The notes beneath the pieces are model-generated. The model did no database searches and was not told where the DNA came from. It saw only the letters and a list, made by a program, of their open reading frames with translations. Shown here one piece after another: positions 22,443-33,554 of a DNA stretch of 42,560 bases. This DNA comes from Fimicolochytrium jonesii (lineage: Eukaryota), in the NCBI RefSeq assembly GCF_025526975.1, contig NW_026515695.1, forward strand, positions 372,001-414,560, given 5' to 3'. The translations under genes were made by a program, and so were the position numbers. Each line of letters starts with the position of its first letter. Position 1 is the first letter of the stretch.

Positions 22443-23971
22443 CACACGGGAGGCGGGGCCGGAGGATTCGCTCGAACCGAACGCTGTAAGAATTATGAAA
22501 CAGAGGGAGATCGCTGAGCTTGAAACCGTATTTTCCCTCCATGGTGTTTGTCTGGCATCGCATCTCTGCCATGGATTGCGACATTCGTCTTATCGGCAGG
22601 GGATAGCGGGCGGAGTCAGGGATTACGACATGGCGCTTTGCGATACATTCGGGGGATGCGCCGACACCTTCCCACATGTTTGCATTTCTGAAATGTTTGA
22701 AGCCACGCACGGAGGGTCCTGTCAGTGGCAGCGAGGGAGCGATGCGATAGACCCTGGAGTCTGCATGCAGCGATGTGGCGTCTCCCATTTTTGCCACCCA
22801 TGTACGAAAGAGTGTACGGGAGGCAGTGAAAGCTCCCCATTTCAAAATCCAGACCCGTAACCGTGGGAATGAGGGATATCCTTCCATTTCTCCCACCTCG
22901 AACCAGTGGGCAGGAGGAGCAGCTTGATGAGTTTTGAACCATAATATGGGCGGTTGAACCTCATCGATTATTTGATGATTCTCAAAGCTTGCTTGAATTC
23001 CGCCTTCAATCCCTACTAGGAATATGACTTGAGGCGATTCTCTCTGTGATCGGGAGCGGGGTGAGTGAGTCACAGCCACGCGTGAAGACGCGATCGTAAT
23101 GTGGGAATGTGGGGAACGCGCGAATTGCGTGCTCGCAGCTCCCCTCAGCGCCATCCCTCAGAAATCCTGCCACATTCCGCAATCCTCACCACTCACAAAC
23201 TCACAGCCCACATCAACTTTACCATGACTATGAACATCTCCCCTCCCTCCCAGGGCTTCATCCATCATCTCCAACATCTCCCCCCCTCCCTCCTCCGTAT
23301 GGAACGCAGGGAACCCATGTGAGAAACAGGGCTCATGTAAACCGCGCGGGCGCCAAAAAGCGATGAGGGTCTCGAATGCAGATGCAAAGGCCCAGATCGG
23401 CGGCGGCGGTAGATGGTGGGTGGTGCCCGGAAAACAAACGGCCGTAACACAAGTTAGGGCGGCTATCCATTATCGCAAACAGCTTTATCGGACTTTCGCA
23501 ACTCCACTGGGAGAGGGGCGAAACGACCGGCAAAGGCCGGTTGCGTGATACTCATATCCCTCGTGGCCGTGACAATTGCCCATAACTCAGCCAAACTGCG
23601 AGTTTCCCAGTGTTATAAGTATCTGTTGAGGCCTGTCCCGTCGCCTGCCAAAGAGCAATCCCACATCCCGCATTCGACGCATGCAAAGTCTCTATCCATC
23701 GCGACCTTCATCCTTGCACCCTGTTTCGTTGCCCTATTTCCTGCTGTCGGTCGTCTCTACTCATAGTTTGCTCGCTTGCCACTTGCCGGACATCTCGTCC
23801 GATTTCACCACTTCCACAACGGGCTGCTTTTCTCTTGCTAACCGCTACTGGCGCCGGCCCACTGAACCCACTGTGACCACCATCACCGTCACCGCCAAAA
23901 GCGAAAAGCCTACTGCGTCCGACGACGATCTAAAGATCAATCCTAGCTCATTCATTCTACATCAATCGGCA

Positions 23972-26185
23972 ATGGCAACTGCAGCACCGTCCGCGGTCGG
24001 CAAACCCGTCGCTGCAACAAATGGCGTCCAGAACGGTGTGCACTCCCCACAGGAACAACCAAAAAAGCTGGCAAACGGTTACGCCATCCCTGCATTCACC
24101 GCTGCCCAAGTTAAGAGCGCACAACCGCAAAAGTACCAGACTTCCTCTGCCACCGTCGCAGGCATCCTCAACAAAGTCGCTTCCTACTCCCGCCCTGAAC
24201 CCGTCCCCGTCCAGATCGCCCAACCCCTCGTCGCAGCCCAGCCGGTCGTCAACGGCGTCTACAACTCCACATCGTCGAACAGTACCAGCACCGCCGTCGT
24301 CAAAAGCAAGGTCTCTGGCCAAGAAATTCGCACAGCCTTCCGCAATGCTGCCAACAGCGTATGGGTCATTACCAGCGCGTGGGATGACCAGCCGGTCGGT
24401 TTCACTGCTATCACCGTCAACTCCGTCTCCATCGATCCGCCCATGATCACCTTCAACATCGGTCGCAACTCGAGCAGTCTCAACACCGTCAGCAGGTCCC
24501 TTCGTTTCGCCGTCCACTTGCTGAGCCAGGACGAGGCAGCCACAGCTAAACGATTCGCAGCGTCCGCCGACAAGCGCTTCGCCGATGCAACGACTTGGAG
24601 GTGGCATCAAGATGGCCTCCCGGAACTCACACCCAACACACTTGCTCGTCTCTCCGGAAACATCCTCAGCCTCTCTGCGGCAGGCGACAACCTTCTCGCC
24701 CTCGGCGCCGTCGAAAACATCTCTCAACGTCCCGGCCAGCCGCTGGTCTACCACCAAGGCGTCTACCGCACCCTGCAAGACCCGACCACACCGCGTCGCG
24801 ACCGCCGAATCTACCTCAACGCGTTCGACATGTCCTGCATTGGCCATCAGAGCCCCGGGTTGTGGGCCCACCCGAACGACCGGGCGAGCACGTACAAGGA
24901 TCTGGAGTACTGGACCAACCTCGCGCAGCTGTTGGAGAAGGGAGGGTTCGACAGTCTGTTTTTGGCGGATGTGCTGGGGACCTACGATGTGTACAAAGGC
25001 TCTCGCGATGCCGCTGTTCGTGCGTCCGCCCAAGTTCCCGTCAACGACCCCGTGCTGTCCATCCCCGCCATGGCCGCCGTGACCAAGCGTCTCGGTTTCG
25101 GCGTGACAGTCAGTCTCACGTACGAGCTGCCCTACTCCTTTGCCCGCCGCATGTCCACCCTCGACCACCTCACAAAGGGCCGCGTGGCATGGAACATTGT
25201 GACCAGCTACCTCAAATCCGCGGCGACCAACCTCGGCCTCGACACGCAGATCCCGCATGACGAGCGCTACAACATCGCAGAGGAGTTCATGGAAGTCTGC
25301 TACAAGCTCTGGGAAGGCTCCTGGGAACAAGACGCCGTCGTCGCCGACGTCAAGAACGGAATCTACACCGACCCGGCCAAAATCCACGACATCAACCACC
25401 GCGGGAAGTACTACAACGTCCCCGGCGCACACCTCTGCGAACCCTCCCCGCAACGCACCCCCTACCTCTTCCAAGCCGGCGCCTCCACAAAAGGCCAAGC
25501 ATTCGCCGCCAAACACGCCGAAGCCGTCTTCATCGCCGGCCCAAACCCATCCCACCTCAAGAAGATCGTCGCAGGCATCCGCAAATCAGCAACAGAAGCC
25601 GGCCGCAACCCTTACGACGTCAAGATCTTTGCGCTCCTCACCATCATCACGGCCGAGACGGACGAACTAGCCCACGCGAAACACGAGGACTACAAACAGT
25701 ACGCCTCCATCGAAGGCGCGCTAGCCCTGTACGGCGGGTGGGCCGGCGTCGACCTCTCCACCCTGGACGTAGACCAACCGCTCGAGTACGTCGAGAACGA
25801 CGCGATCCGCTCCGTCAACGAGATGTGGTCCAAACAGAACGGCTCCGACAGCGTCTGGACCCCGCGCAAGATCGCCGAAAAGATCTCCATCGGCGGCCTC
25901 GGCCCCCTCATCGTCGGCAGCGGGACATCCATCGCGGACCAGTTGGAAAAATGGGTCGACGAATCAGATGTCGATGGGTTCAACCTCGCGTATGCTGTCA
26001 CACCGGGCTCGTTCGAGGATATCATTGAACATGTCGTCCCGGAACTGAGACTCCGCGGACGCCTGCTGCCGATCGAGGACGACGACGCGCCGAGGACTAC
26101 CCTGAGGGAGCGCATGGGATACCCGCATGCGAAGGCGCATGTCGGGAAGGACCACCCCGCGTGGAGGTATAAGGTTAGCAAGTGA
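23972..26185 (+). CDS. Fusion protein: flavin reductase-like domain + DszA/NtaA-type luciferase-like (LLM) flavin monooxygenase
   Basis: One uninterrupted ORF (probable start ATG 23972). Reductase: AFRNAANSVWVIT...PVGFTAITVNSVSIDPPMITFNI...FAVHLLSQD...RFA...AGDN...PLVYHQGVY. Monooxygenase: LNAFDMSCIGHQSPGLWAHP, LEKGGFDSLFLADVLG, FARRMSTLDHLTKGRVAWNIVTSY, LWEGSW, PSPQRTPYLFQAGAS, FAAKHAEAVF, VDGFNL. Confidence 0.92.
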   Translation: MATAAPSAVGKPVAATNGVQNGVHSPQEQPKKLANGYAIPAFTAAQVKSAQPQKYQTSSATVAGILNKVASYSRPEPVPVQIAQPLVAAQPVVNGVYNSTSSNSTSTAVVKSKVSGQEIRTAFRNAANSVWVITSAWDDQPVGFTAITVNSVSIDPPMITFNIGRNSSSLNTVSRSLRFAVHLLSQDEAATAKRFAASADKRFADATTWRWHQDGLPELTPNTLARLSGNILSLSAAGDNLLALGAVENISQRPGQPLVYHQGVYRTLQDPTTPRRDRRIYLNAFDMSCIGHQSPGLWAHPNDRASTYKDLEYWTNLAQLLEKGGFDSLFLADVLGTYDVYKGSRDAAVRASAQVPVNDPVLSIPAMAAVTKRLGFGVTVSLTYELPYSFARRMSTLDHLTKGRVAWNIVTSYLKSAATNLGLDTQIPHDERYNIAEEFMEVCYKLWEGSWEQDAVVADVKNGIYTDPAKIHDINHRGKYYNVPGAHLCEPSPQRTPYLFQAGASTKGQAFAAKHAEAVFIAGPNPSHLKKIVAGIRKSATEAGRNPYDVKIFALLTIITAETDELAHAKHEDYKQYASIEGALALYGGWAGVDLSTLDVDQPLEYVENDAIRSVNEMWSKQNGSDSVWTPRKIAEKISIGGLGPLIVGSGTSIADQLEKWVDESDVDGFNLAYAVTPGSFEDIIEHVVPELRLRGRLLPIEDDDAPRTTLRERMGYPHAKAHVGKDHPAWRYKVSK

Positions 26186-26270
26186 GCGGTGGGGCTGGTC
26201 CTCGCTTTAGCTCTTTGGATGTTGGCGGTACTACCCCCCCGCGATTCTACTGTATATACACATCATCGTT

Positions 26271-26299
26271 CCCCCCCCCCCCCCCCCCCCCCCCCCCCC
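26271..26299. repeat. Poly-C tract (29 nt)
   Basis: Read directly from the sequence. Confidence 0.9.
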
Positions 26300-26726
26300 G
26301 TGATATCCCCCTCATATTGTTAGTCGTTAGTTCCCTCACCTACCTCGCTTGCTGTACCCGCCCACTAGGGGATTGGGAGGAGGTGTAGTGGTCAGTGTCT
26401 TGTTATGTTTATAATCATACTTTTTCGCATGCAGTTGTTCGGAGCGGACTTGGGCTGGGGTTCATTGTGTGCTTTTTGCAAGCGACTTCCGCTGGACATG
26501 CACCAATTCCTGTACATACATACGCATTTGCACAGCGCGCTGGCGTTGCCATTATTTATCTGAGGATGTATTCATCATCGTCTAGATCTACTCGTCTTGG
26601 AGTGTCCGATATACCAACCGTCTGTCATACGCATTGTTCTAAACCATCTAATAAACAAGGAAGACACCCAACGGCCTCCCTACCCGTTTCGCCTTTCCTT
26701 TCCAGCATCTCCCCCATCGCATCCCA

Positions 26727-27272
26727 TCAAAGCACCTTCCAAAAAAACTTGGACGTAACCCTCCTCCCATCCTCCAACCTAATCCAATCCGGCACATCCC
26801 CCACCTCGACATACCCGGCCCTGCGATACAACCCGACCGCCGCCTCCGCCTCCGCATTCGTATCCAGATGCATCAACGTCCTCCCCGCCCCCCTCGCACC
26901 CGCTTCCGCCGCGCCCAACAACGCGCGCCCCACCCCGCGGCCGTGGTGATCGGGATGCACGAGCATTTTGGAGATACACGCCCGATGCTGCGCGTTCGTC
27001 GCCGTCGCGAGGTGCAGTTGGACCGTGCCGATGATGGTGCCGTCCGGGAGGCGGGCGAGGTAGAGCGTGGTGGCTGGGTCGGTGAGCGCGTGGGTGAAGA
27101 GGGCGGCGGCGGTGGGGGGGGTGAGCGGGGTGGGGACGGAGAGGGCGTGGCCGTGCGAGACGAGGAGGAGGAGGATGGAGGCGAGGGAGTGCGAGTCGGC
27201 GGGGGTGAGGGTGGGGGTTGGGTGGATTGTGTAGGTGGAGGTGGGCGAGGAGGCGGGGGGTGGAGTGGACAT
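26727..27272 (-). CDS. GNAT-family N-acetyltransferase, intronless, bacterial-type
   Basis: IIGTVQLHLA...NAQHRACISKMLVHPDHHGRGVGRALLGAAE (acetyl-CoA motif A)...LMHLDT...AVGLYRRAGYVEVG. Confidence 0.88.
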   Translation of the reverse strand: MSTPPPASSPTSTYTIHPTPTLTPADSHSLASILLLLVSHGHALSVPTPLTPPTAAALFTHALTDPATTLYLARLPDGTIIGTVQLHLATATNAQHRACISKMLVHPDHHGRGVGRALLGAAEAGARGAGRTLMHLDTNAEAEAAVGLYRRAGYVEVGDVPDWIRLEDGRRVTSKFFWKVL

Positions 27273-28946
27273 GGTGAGGGTGAGGGTGGTGGTGAGTCGG
27301 GCGCTCTGGGTTGGACAGTGTGGACAGAGAGGTGCGGATCGGCTGGGTATGAAGCCGACCAGGAAGGAAGGGATGCTGGCTTTTTATATATATACTGTAC
27401 TGTAGTATTGTACCTCGCCGTTGGGGGTGCGTTGGTTGCTCTGGCGTGGTTCCGGAGGGCTACTCGTACTGTACGGGCGTTCCGTTCCGCGACGCGTTTC
27501 CGCACCATTGTCCCGTCCGTCCCAGACGCGTTTTCCCTCGTCCGTCCTTCCCAACAGAACTTCGCCCCTGACGGGAATATATCGGCTTAGCTTAAAAACT
27601 TACAACCCTATTCAACGCCAGCACATGGGATGGACGCCTAACGGTTCCGAAGTGTTGCGGGCGTACATACACTGGCGGTACATCCGTTGGGCGTTGATCT
27701 CTCATGTGTCCCGGAAGTCCGCCCTCCCGGAGAGAGCATCGCAAGATCTGGACCAGCACGGCTTGTACACAACTGAAAAAGTTCAAGAGCTATAATGCGG
27801 TGATAAGGCATCAGTCAGTACATTCGAACCGCCAGTCTCCAACCAAGGATATCGCGACAAGATTGGCTCGATACCAAGCTGTGAGGCACGTCTAGTCGGT
27901 GGCTATTGGCAGGATTAACACGGTGTTTGAACGCGGGGCTGGGGCAGAGTGTTGATGTCCCTGTTTGCGCGCCGAAAGGTCCAGCACATTTTGGGCTATC
28001 ATGATTTACCAGTGCTCCGCTGCTCCGGCAAACCTAAATGTCCGCGAGCGACTGCGTGATCCACTGCAAACTGAGGCAGTGCACATCTCTGGGACCCGCA
28101 GTGGGAATTGCGCCAACCTCAACCCACGGCTGCGTGGTGCATGGGTACGACGCTGGCGGTATTTGTCACAGGACAACAGCGTTGGACGCCCGTCCCCTTC
28201 AAGTTTGTTCGACCGAACGAGGTCGCAACGTCACTTAATGTTCAACATGATTGCAATGCAATGTGCACCATTGTGAAGGCGCGACGCAGCATTCGCCGGT
28301 CGCACACATGATCAAGCACCACGGATATGTTATCCTGCTCAACCGATACTGCATCCAACCCCGGTAGCAACGACCAGCATTCCCAGTCGTTCTCGCTAAC
28401 GTGGACTTTGGATGCGCAATGCCGCCCTCTGTACGAACGGAAGAAGAAGGTACGAAAGGAAGAAGGAGGATGGATCTGATGCGCGAGATTGCCGAAGCAT
28501 TCGATTACTCTGAGGATATGCGGATACTCACACACCGACCTCTGTGGGATCTGTCACCGATTCGGAGGCATCGATGGTGTTGGATTGGAGACCTCCGAAG
28601 CGAGCCCGAGGGAGGGGGAAAGCCACTGGAACTACAAGAGGACGGGCAGCTGTGGCGAGGGGGCGTGGGACGGGAGGACGTGGTGGAATGACAACGCTGG
28701 CGAGAGGACGGGCGGTTTGGGGCAAGGAGGGGCGGTCATCAGGGATCCGGGGTAATTCTTAGGTTAAGGCTGACGCGTTGGGGTTAGGATCGACGCGTTA
28801 AGGCCGACGTAAGCAACGGAACGCTTGACGAACAAGGTGTGCTTGTACCTTTCTCAAGCATCCTCGCTCACGGAGAGGTCTCGCAAAACGCCGCTCAGCC
28901 AACCGTACGTCCCACCTCATCCCCCTGAGGAATATTTTGGGACAGG

Positions 28947-29726
28947 ATGGATGCTGGGTTCTTATTCTCGTCGGCCACCGGGCTGCGCAAGCACCCCCAG
29001 CTGCAAGTACAGTACTCGCTCAGCACCTTCGTCTCCTGGGGGAAGCTTCCCGTGCCGAGTAAACGACCGAGGCACACCCCTGCCCAGAAACCTACTCCAC
29101 CCAAGGAACGTACACCCCACAACGGATCTTTGGACCGGGTAGCAACGCCGCCCCCCAATCAGGTCAAAACACCCTCCACAGGACCACGCTTCTCGTGGCA
29201 CTCAGCGAGCGTCACCTGATCGTATGGGGTTTCCGGTGAGCGTGGGCGCAAGGGACACAGGACAATGCGTGGAGAGTCGGAGCTCCGGGAGACGGCTCTT
29301 CAGTTTCGCTCACCAAACGTCTGGGGAAGCCAGTGCTTCATCCTCTACGTACGGTTGGAGGAGACGGGCGAAGTACTGTACAACAAAACGACCAGAAAAC
29401 CTTTCAAGGGAAGCATTGGGAACTCACCCAAGAAGTCAAGGTACGGCGTGTGCGTTTACGTGGGCTGCTTTATTTGACTATTGGGTTGGATACGCAGAGG
29501 AGCGCTGGAGGTCGGAGAACCACCATTTGAGGGCATCCTCATCAAGGAGCAGGGTACGCCAGCGTGCTATGTTGACAATGAGGTGAGAATCTACTCTACG
29601 CTATCTATCCGAAACACACCCCACCTAAACCGCCACCGTCCAAACCCCCTATCTATCTATCTACCTACCTACACCTACTCGCTCAACTGCGCGTCCACCC
29701 ACTTCCCGACAACCGTCTCAAAATAA
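28947..29726 (+). pseudogene. Possible degraded spliced coding remnant, unknown family
   Basis: Same-frame ORFs 28947-29219 and 29265-29440. A GTACGG...CGCAG intron (29441-29497) joins in frame to GALEVGEPPFEGILIKEQGTPACYVDNEV. No recognisable motif. Confidence 0.25.
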
Positions 29727-31434
29727 TCCAACGGCGCAGTGCCGAGCCCCATCAACACATCATGAAACGCCCTCAAATCAAACTTGTCCCCCAACCGCTT
29801 CGCCGCGGTCGCCCGCATCGCCTGGATCTTGATCTCCCCGTACTTGTACGCGAGCGCTTGCCCCGGCATGCAGGCGTAGCGGATGGCTTCGTTCTCGAGC
29901 GTCGATTCCGAGAGGGAGACGTACGGCCGCATTGAGTCTTTGACTTTGTCCACCGACCAGCCGAGGTGGTGCAGGCCCTGTACAAATGATCGAGGGGTTA
30001 GTTTTGGGGCGAGGGGAAATAGGGGATGTTGCGAGGACTTACGGTATCGACCACCAACCGCAACGCGCGATGCATCTCCAATTCCAACCGTCCAAACCAA
30101 TCCAGCGGGTCCTCGTACATCCCCAGCTCGACGCCCAGACTCTCCGAATACAGTCCCCACCCCTCCACCTGCGCGGTCGAAAAGATCAACTTGCGGATAT
30201 CATGGTCGGTGTCCCGCTCGAGCGCCAGCGACATCTGGTGATGGTGGCCCGGGTTCGCTTCGTGCAAAAGCAAGGCGCGCATCCCGTGCGTCGGCACCCC
30301 TTTGGCGAGGGAGAGGTTGACGAGGAACTTGCCGGGCTTTTCTTTGGTGCCGGGGAAGTACATCGCTTCCGGGGCGCCGGCTTCGGAGTGGGCGGGTACG
30401 GCGACGATGGCGCACTTGTCTTTGGGGAACTTGCCAAAGAAGGCGGGCATCTTGGCGTCGATGATTTTGAGGAGGGATTCGTAGGCGGGGATGATGTCGT
30501 CGACGTTGTCGATGTAGAGGTGGGGGTACTGCGTTTTGTCGTTGAGGGCGTTGATGAAGTCCTTGATGGAGCCCTGGAACCCGAGCTTGGCGATCGTGGC
30601 TTCCATCTCCGTGGCGATGCGCGCGACTTCTTTGAGACCGAGTTGGTGGAGTTCGTCGGCGGTGACGTCCGAGTCGGTGTGGATCCTGATGAAGTCTTGG
30701 TAGGCTTCCTCGGACCCGGGCATGCCGTAGATCCCGTCGTATTTGCGGGCGTGCTGGCGGTACTCGTCCTGCAGGAAGGTCTTGAGTTTCTTGTGTGCGG
30801 GCACCACGCTCGTGCGGATCGCGTCGTGGAGAAAGTCTTCGGGAAGTCCGACGGCTGTGACGTCTTTCACGATGTTCCAGGGGTTGGTGGCGGGGTCTTC
30901 GGTGATGTAGCCGTCGCAGCCTTTGATGAGGAGGTCGATGGAACGGATCGGGAGCGTATATTTGGACTCGATGCCCTTGCGAAACCCGTCAATGACCTGA
31001 TCCATCCTCGGCGCAATCTTCTCCAGCCTCGACCTGAAGTTCTCGATATCCTTCACAGTCTTGACCGCCGACGCATGGACGAGCTGCATCCACGAGCCCA
31101 CGATCGTGCCCTGCATATGGGTCGCGGGCATATCCTTCCGCGAGATGGTCCGCGCCTCCAGCGTCTCTTTTTTGATGAAGGACTTGACCATGATAATCAG
31201 GTTTTGCTCATCCTCGGTGAGGGTGGATTTGTCGAGTAAGTCGAGTTCGGCGGCGGTGTGGGCGCAGGTGGCGAGGTATTCGTCCTGCTTTGTCAGGTCG
31301 AAGATCTCATCGCGATAACGGGGCCAGTCGAGAAAAGCACCCGCTTCAGGCGAGTTCTTGAAAAAGGCGTCCAAGAGCGTGTCGAGGAGGCCGTTGAGCT
31401 TTGCGGAGGTGGCTGAGAGGGCGGTGGTGGACAT
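29675..31434 (-). CDS. DUF885-family protein
   Basis: LHQLGLKEVARI, PGKFLVNL, LLLHEANPGHHHQ, EGWGLYSESLG, FGRLELEMHRALRLVVDT | intron 30042-29978 | GLHHLGWS, EAIRYACMPGQALAYKYGE, FDLRAFHDVLMGLGTAPL. Confidence 0.92.
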
Positions 31435-32088
31435 GTTGTGTCGAGCGGAGAGGTGTTGAATTGTGCGCTTGGTGGAGAGGAATGGAGAGGGGAGTGCGCT
31501 GTCCTTTTATCTTCTTCAAGAAGTGCCAGTGCTCTGTGTGAGAGGGCGTGGACCTCCCACGAACGTTCGTCGTTGAGACCTCTGCGTGTGCCTGGGTGCC
31601 AGTGGGTGGGTGTGCCAGCCTTGTGTGCAGCGCCATATGTATTGGCAATACCGTTGTACAGTTGTACATGTACAGTAGGAGTCCTGGTAGCACTAGGAGT
31701 ATAGCCCGCACATGCACGCCCACGAACGGAATGTCGAATTTCGGCCGCTTGGCTTGTTGCCAGTTGGAGTGGATTTGGATGACCGTGTGCGAAGAGTAGG
31801 CGCTCGCCGTGACTGCGCGATCTGTCGGAGTCCTCGGAACTTACTCCCCGTAATCACAGCCAGAATTCCAGGTGGGCGGCGAGTCGTCGGAACTTGCTGC
31901 GTTGGCGTTGCTAGCCCCCAGCCTCCTCGCTCTGGATCCTCCTTGGCGCCCACGTTGGGTGGCCTCGAGAGCGACAAAGCAGCATACGGAACGCTTGGTA
32001 TATATAGAGGAGGGCCCCGTCCGTCACTAAACACTCAAACACCACCTACACAGACAAACTGCAGCTTGATTATCCCAGCACCACAACC

Positions 32089-33554
32089 ATGTCCGCCACT
32101 GCCACTGCCACTGCAACCGCAACCAAACGCCTCCCTCCGCTCATCATAGGCTCAGGCATCTCAGGACTCACGTTCTCAACTATCCTCGCTAAACACCCAA
32201 ACTACCCGAAGGTTTTCGGCACTACCAAACCCCCACGCGTTTTTGATGCCGCAAAGGAGTTTAGCGCAAAGTTGGGCGCGGGTCTCTCGATCGCGCCTAA
32301 TGCCGTGCCTGCACTCAAACAATTGGGTGTTTGGGATGAGATTAGAGCGGCTGGGTGTGAAATGGATAGGGTATGTATGAACGCGTGCGTTAGCGAGCCA
32401 GTGTGATGCCGAGCGAAGCGACTGGGCCGGAGGCCCAGCATCATCACTTTGCTCATCCATCAACCCATGCTCGCTCCCGCAGGTCTGCATCTTCAGCGAA
32501 TCGAAAAAAGAACTGGGGCACATGTCCGGCGACATGTACCGCGAAGCATGGGGCGCACCGCTGCTCACCATCGAACGCGGCCTCCTCCAACAAATCCTGC
32601 TCAAACACGCGCAAGAATCCGGCGTTGACGTCCAGTACAACAAAAAGGTAACCTCCATCACCGTCGACAAGCGATCCGAAACCGTCTTCATCACATTCTC
32701 CGACGGCACAACGGAAACTGGATCCATGCTCATCGGCGCCGACGGTGCACACAGCATCACCCGCAAAACAATGTACTCGCTGCTTGGCACCCCGGAACCG
32801 CCCATGCGCACCCGGGGCATCTCAACCCTCTACGGCATCTCCGCCCCGATCCCCCAAATCCCCCTCGGCCACACCCAATGGGTGATGGGCACCAACGAGA
32901 TCTGGGGCACCTGGGCGCTAGCCAACCACAAGACCTTCTGGTTCATCAACGAGTACGAGCCGGAGAAAGTGAAAGAAGGGCAGTGGTTCGATGACGCGGA
33001 TGTCGAGGCGACCAAGAAGCGGTTCGAGGATAGGTGGTTCCCTGTGGAGGGTGTGGGGAGGTTTGGCGACGTGATGAGGGACAGCGACCGGTGCATCAAG
33101 GTGGGGCTTTGGGAGAAAAGTTACGAGCATGTGCATGCGGCCGACGGGAAGATTGTCCTGATGGGTGATGGTAGGTCTCCGCTTCCCCGCGTTTCATCCA
33201 CCATCGTCTTGACGTTAATCATATCCCCATTGAATTGTCCCCACAGCCGCCCACCCCATGGTCCCCTTCGCGGGCCAAGGCGCAAACACCGCCATCGAAG
33301 ACGCCGTCACACTCGCCAACCTCCTCCTCTCCCCCGCCGCCTCCCTCCCTACAATAGCAGAAGCCTACGCCGCCCAACGGATCCCGCGAACCAAGAAAAT
33401 AGTGGATTTTGCGGGCCTGACGGGGACCTTGCAGATGGGCGGTGGGGGTGTTGTTAGGAGGGTCAGGGATTGGACTTATATGACCCCGAGGTGGGTGTTG
33501 GAGAGGAGTATGGGGTGGTTGTATGGGGTGCAGCCGAGGATTGAGGGGTTGTGA
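32089..33554 (+). CDS. FAD-dependent monooxygenase (class A, salicylate hydroxylase/UbiH-like)
   Basis: IIGSGISGL (Rossmann), LIGADGAHSITR (DG motif), [25 protein letters not shown] (GD motif). Introns 32371-32482 and 33171-33246. Confidence 0.92.

Noticed and set aside
23066..23072. TGAGTCA Gcn4/AP-1-like site in the divergent intergenic region
   Set aside because: A single 7-mer, expected by chance.
22252..23154. 300-aa minus-strand ORF and overlapping ORFs between the UNC-93-like and fusion genes
   Set aside because: No motifs; runs through a (TA)n tract; probably promoter DNA.
23681..23971. 97-codon upstream in-frame extension of the fusion ORF
   Set aside because: Begins only ~65 nt after a TATAAG-like site (~23614) and looks like 5' UTR; ATG 23972 (GCAATGG) has the better context. 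Not excluded.
23957..25555. 532-aa antisense ORF (also 29986-31239 +, 26868-27590 +, 35747-36544 +, 8735-9508 -)
   Set aside because: Shadow ORFs opposite well-supported genes with GC-rich codon usage; no motifs.
23972..31434. Bacterial contamination or chimeric contig
   Set aside because: The DUF885 gene has a spliceosomal intron, spacing is not operon-like, and the genes share the host C/G block pattern.
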